DNA of 33,958 bases from contig CBDUPA010000034.1 in NCBI GenBank assembly GCA_965368975.1, positions 1 to 33,958 on the forward strand, written 5' to 3'. The notes under the pieces were generated by a model that was not told the origin of the DNA, searched no databases, and was given only the letters and a program-made list of their open reading frames with translations. Source of the DNA: an uncultured bacterium (GTDB lineage Bacteria > Acidobacteriota > Thermoanaerobaculia > Multivoradales > JAHZIX01). The translations under genes were made by a program, and so were the position numbers. Positions 33,901 to 33,958 of this stretch are shown here, piece after piece (within the stretch, counting starts at the first letter, position 1; each line of letters starts with the position of its first letter).

Positions 33901-33958
33901 CCAACGGTGACTTCGACGGCGACAACACGCTGCTCAACGGCTCTCCGATGAGCTTCAA
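27942..33958 (+). CDS. Giant secreted multidomain protein, >2005 aa, 3' end outside the window: 4x NBR1-like Ig, several ASH/choice-of-anchor-D-like Ig, a Cys-rich domain, 2x Big_7-like Ig, FN3 and two 'G.LD.ADC..V.GW..D' repeats
   Basis: I translated frame +3 by hand and found no stop from 27942 to the window end. GGAG RBS 7 nt upstream. Signal peptide ...MRCLLILGLLLLPLTATA-Q (alternative starts 27918 and 28002). Absent from the ORF track because it has no stop within the window. Confidence 0.9.
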   Translation, partial: MRCLRDLTTCPLLTNLRSATMRCLLILGLLLLPLTATAQKETDPGNDATVVSHTLPTLMECGSKQVVSVTVQNTGKSTWSGKAAYGLMGVNNTAFEAEGTAQGAQLPADVDVAPGQSYTFELDFVVPSAPGNHTSQWQMTQGGTSQFGGIASETTKVACQISETDAAEVVSHTIPAFMECGTTQDVSITFQNTGTSTWRPEHLYVLRSPGNQDPMSSKTEWSLPAGTAVSPGQSYTFQLPLTAPAVAGSYSTDWKMLHKRLRWFGETALSTVNVLCVGGEVPDAAVVVVDPPNNYGTWVKEECGTETSIFVTLQNTGKALWGADTFLAATGGSDPYRTDADPRVPLPHSVFPGETVTVEVPLSMPPDVQVAQTSEWQLVRGASEWFGEIATKQLLVRCQLNESDDARVVSHTFPDLMECGSTQRISVTMENTGTSRWRKDLKMRLGDPGNKDPFKVTHRVDLPAGLEIGPGGAHTFEFDIKAPDAAGTYTTDWRMVHEWVRWFGETAAKQIDVTCSDYGVEFLQPRAQVLADGGKFDWGVLHEGEAPRPFTFRVAAPDNFKGELYNLRVVSEEGPVAVYFGQLSSGSGSLQTGAEVPAEQGLDIGGTLAVKPEIKELKAGEQVAFRAVIAFDHSLGESFEFEIVGLAQKASCNGTDSWSFVFEDYPGPFNEVIPEEQLPRQLAYRGRITNNDGAQCLEIPESGINVTVVQRPFGVNTDLEVFGGPTIVLQPGESYVFRVLINATVSAESGEYSANIGVSPSGTSVVDTLNISGTFEIQGPDLSLDNVSVRLLSSGISVGHFGIFTIDPVDASTNIDFEVRNDNPDDMHVEAMSASISGPAASGLSYNPTPVSAVVPAGFPSVFGGQLQVLSSAVPGDFTIHVNFRVTDGDFTPEFDELFSFDIQGTLTACGGGGNCGPIVSVEDQNGNSVRGTHRLNLANEGTHDLVFKIFNIGDEELSVNPALQLSGDGRFSVQSSPSPTTVPPDGAQTSNFTLRFNADGTGVNDTFATNVTINGNGANTPYTFTLEVTTRPPIPLVVEVIGFVTVDNQVDLGTHEQLPLLPVIRITNPTSDFYYVKSFRTLQSQGGPLEWTWESPVPASSENSSAWRIDKDGGQLHAGGKIDLNGDPGDVNGTYTFNFSFEFNDGRYGTYSTYNLAIKGELDGVYNPAIDAPVIDCEDPDNVCVSNFCGAVQSIFDDQPVAASVCVASALATYWGCLGCGSSNTACWAICGVGIIGSLGCGLVADDLIEDLAQAVIDTRACYCDTFGEFCEETYYIGYEVTNLPVGTAVNVRSRCRTTAGLDIQTVETVSLSNSLDFDLIRCPKSAIYELWTDPVQVLPGNTPYRCTLANPRPGDRPEIPEYNGLLDTHFTGVFDCGCTDPTGCGQFYTLVGSAQDLQPGDAITVVANLEGDHPTQISATVTVTQNGQFQFLIPVPESDSYVLTIENKNDYPQCTVEPTGNPISGPGNVVDIARLSCDSTRPNVRILVPADGDTVQPNPSTGAILVQAVAGDANGIRHVIFYEDGVPIGTATSAGNVYEIQWVPSGSGTRTLQALAENIPGVTTFSDPVSVTVTGTVACDNDTQPPTIVRVFPAAGEAAPQGLGGSLTLEAEVVDDTGMNHVDFYLDGNKVTVFGNGPLFLFTAPQVSLGAHTLRVVAVDVCGKPREIAQYDFTVVESDPTLAAGALNVADCSILYGFASDINHTNSVLVEFYKGGPRGSGTLVGQDLANGSCTGLPGDPNQCFSLSTPAALKTGFPETVYAHARDIDTQGQPTGAWPQLLLSPKTITCEDSGGTGNPPPIPAGVSASDGAYTDRVRVTWNASSGASAYEVYRNSVNNSSTATMIESDASTTLYDDMDVQSGPLYYYWLKARNGDGSSGFSTVNTGYASTVTVNNHLPDGTLDVADCDHVAGWVRDADYTGRTQAHIYRDGPAGGGGTVVATIWADLTRPGLPFPDQDHGFDWSVPAGSIPHGTPIYVYGLNVDSNGDFDGDNTLLNGSPMSF

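Overview
GC-rich bacterial genomic window with no rRNA, tRNA, CRISPR array or transposase that I can see. The gene content (TPR-kinase plus TIGR02999-type ECF sigma factors, and secreted proteins with 'IFAD...DDSP.AERHYRARF' domains) suggests Acidobacteriota or a similar lineage; that is an inference. From left to right: (1) the 3' end of a cadherin-like/LamG surface protein; (2) a soluble phosphatidylserine-decarboxylase-family gene; (3) a tightly coupled 8-gene MoxR / ABC exporter / DUF58 / BatA-vWA / vWA-GATase-like operon (3092-16297); (4) a convergent STAND-NTPase-TPR gene with no effector domain, a short gene fragment with a signal peptide, and a DUF6364-like/PIN toxin-antitoxin pair; (5) a membrane Ser/Thr kinase with TPR repeats, divergent from a tandemly duplicated [secreted protein + ECF43-like sigma factor] unit; (6) a >2000-aa secreted multi-Ig protein that runs off the window end and is missing from the supplied ORF track. 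The most interesting signal is in blocks 5-6. A bipartite motif, (G/T)TGA(T/G)CC-N16-GCGCCAACC, occurs four times with exactly the same 16-nt spacer. Three copies precede secreted-protein genes. The fourth precedes a ~125-nt terminator-bounded candidate sRNA whose unpaired linker is exactly complementary to the ribosome-binding sites of the two secreted-protein/ECF operons. The giant protein also carries an internal 12-Cys hydrophobic segment resembling halocin C8-type bacteriocins.
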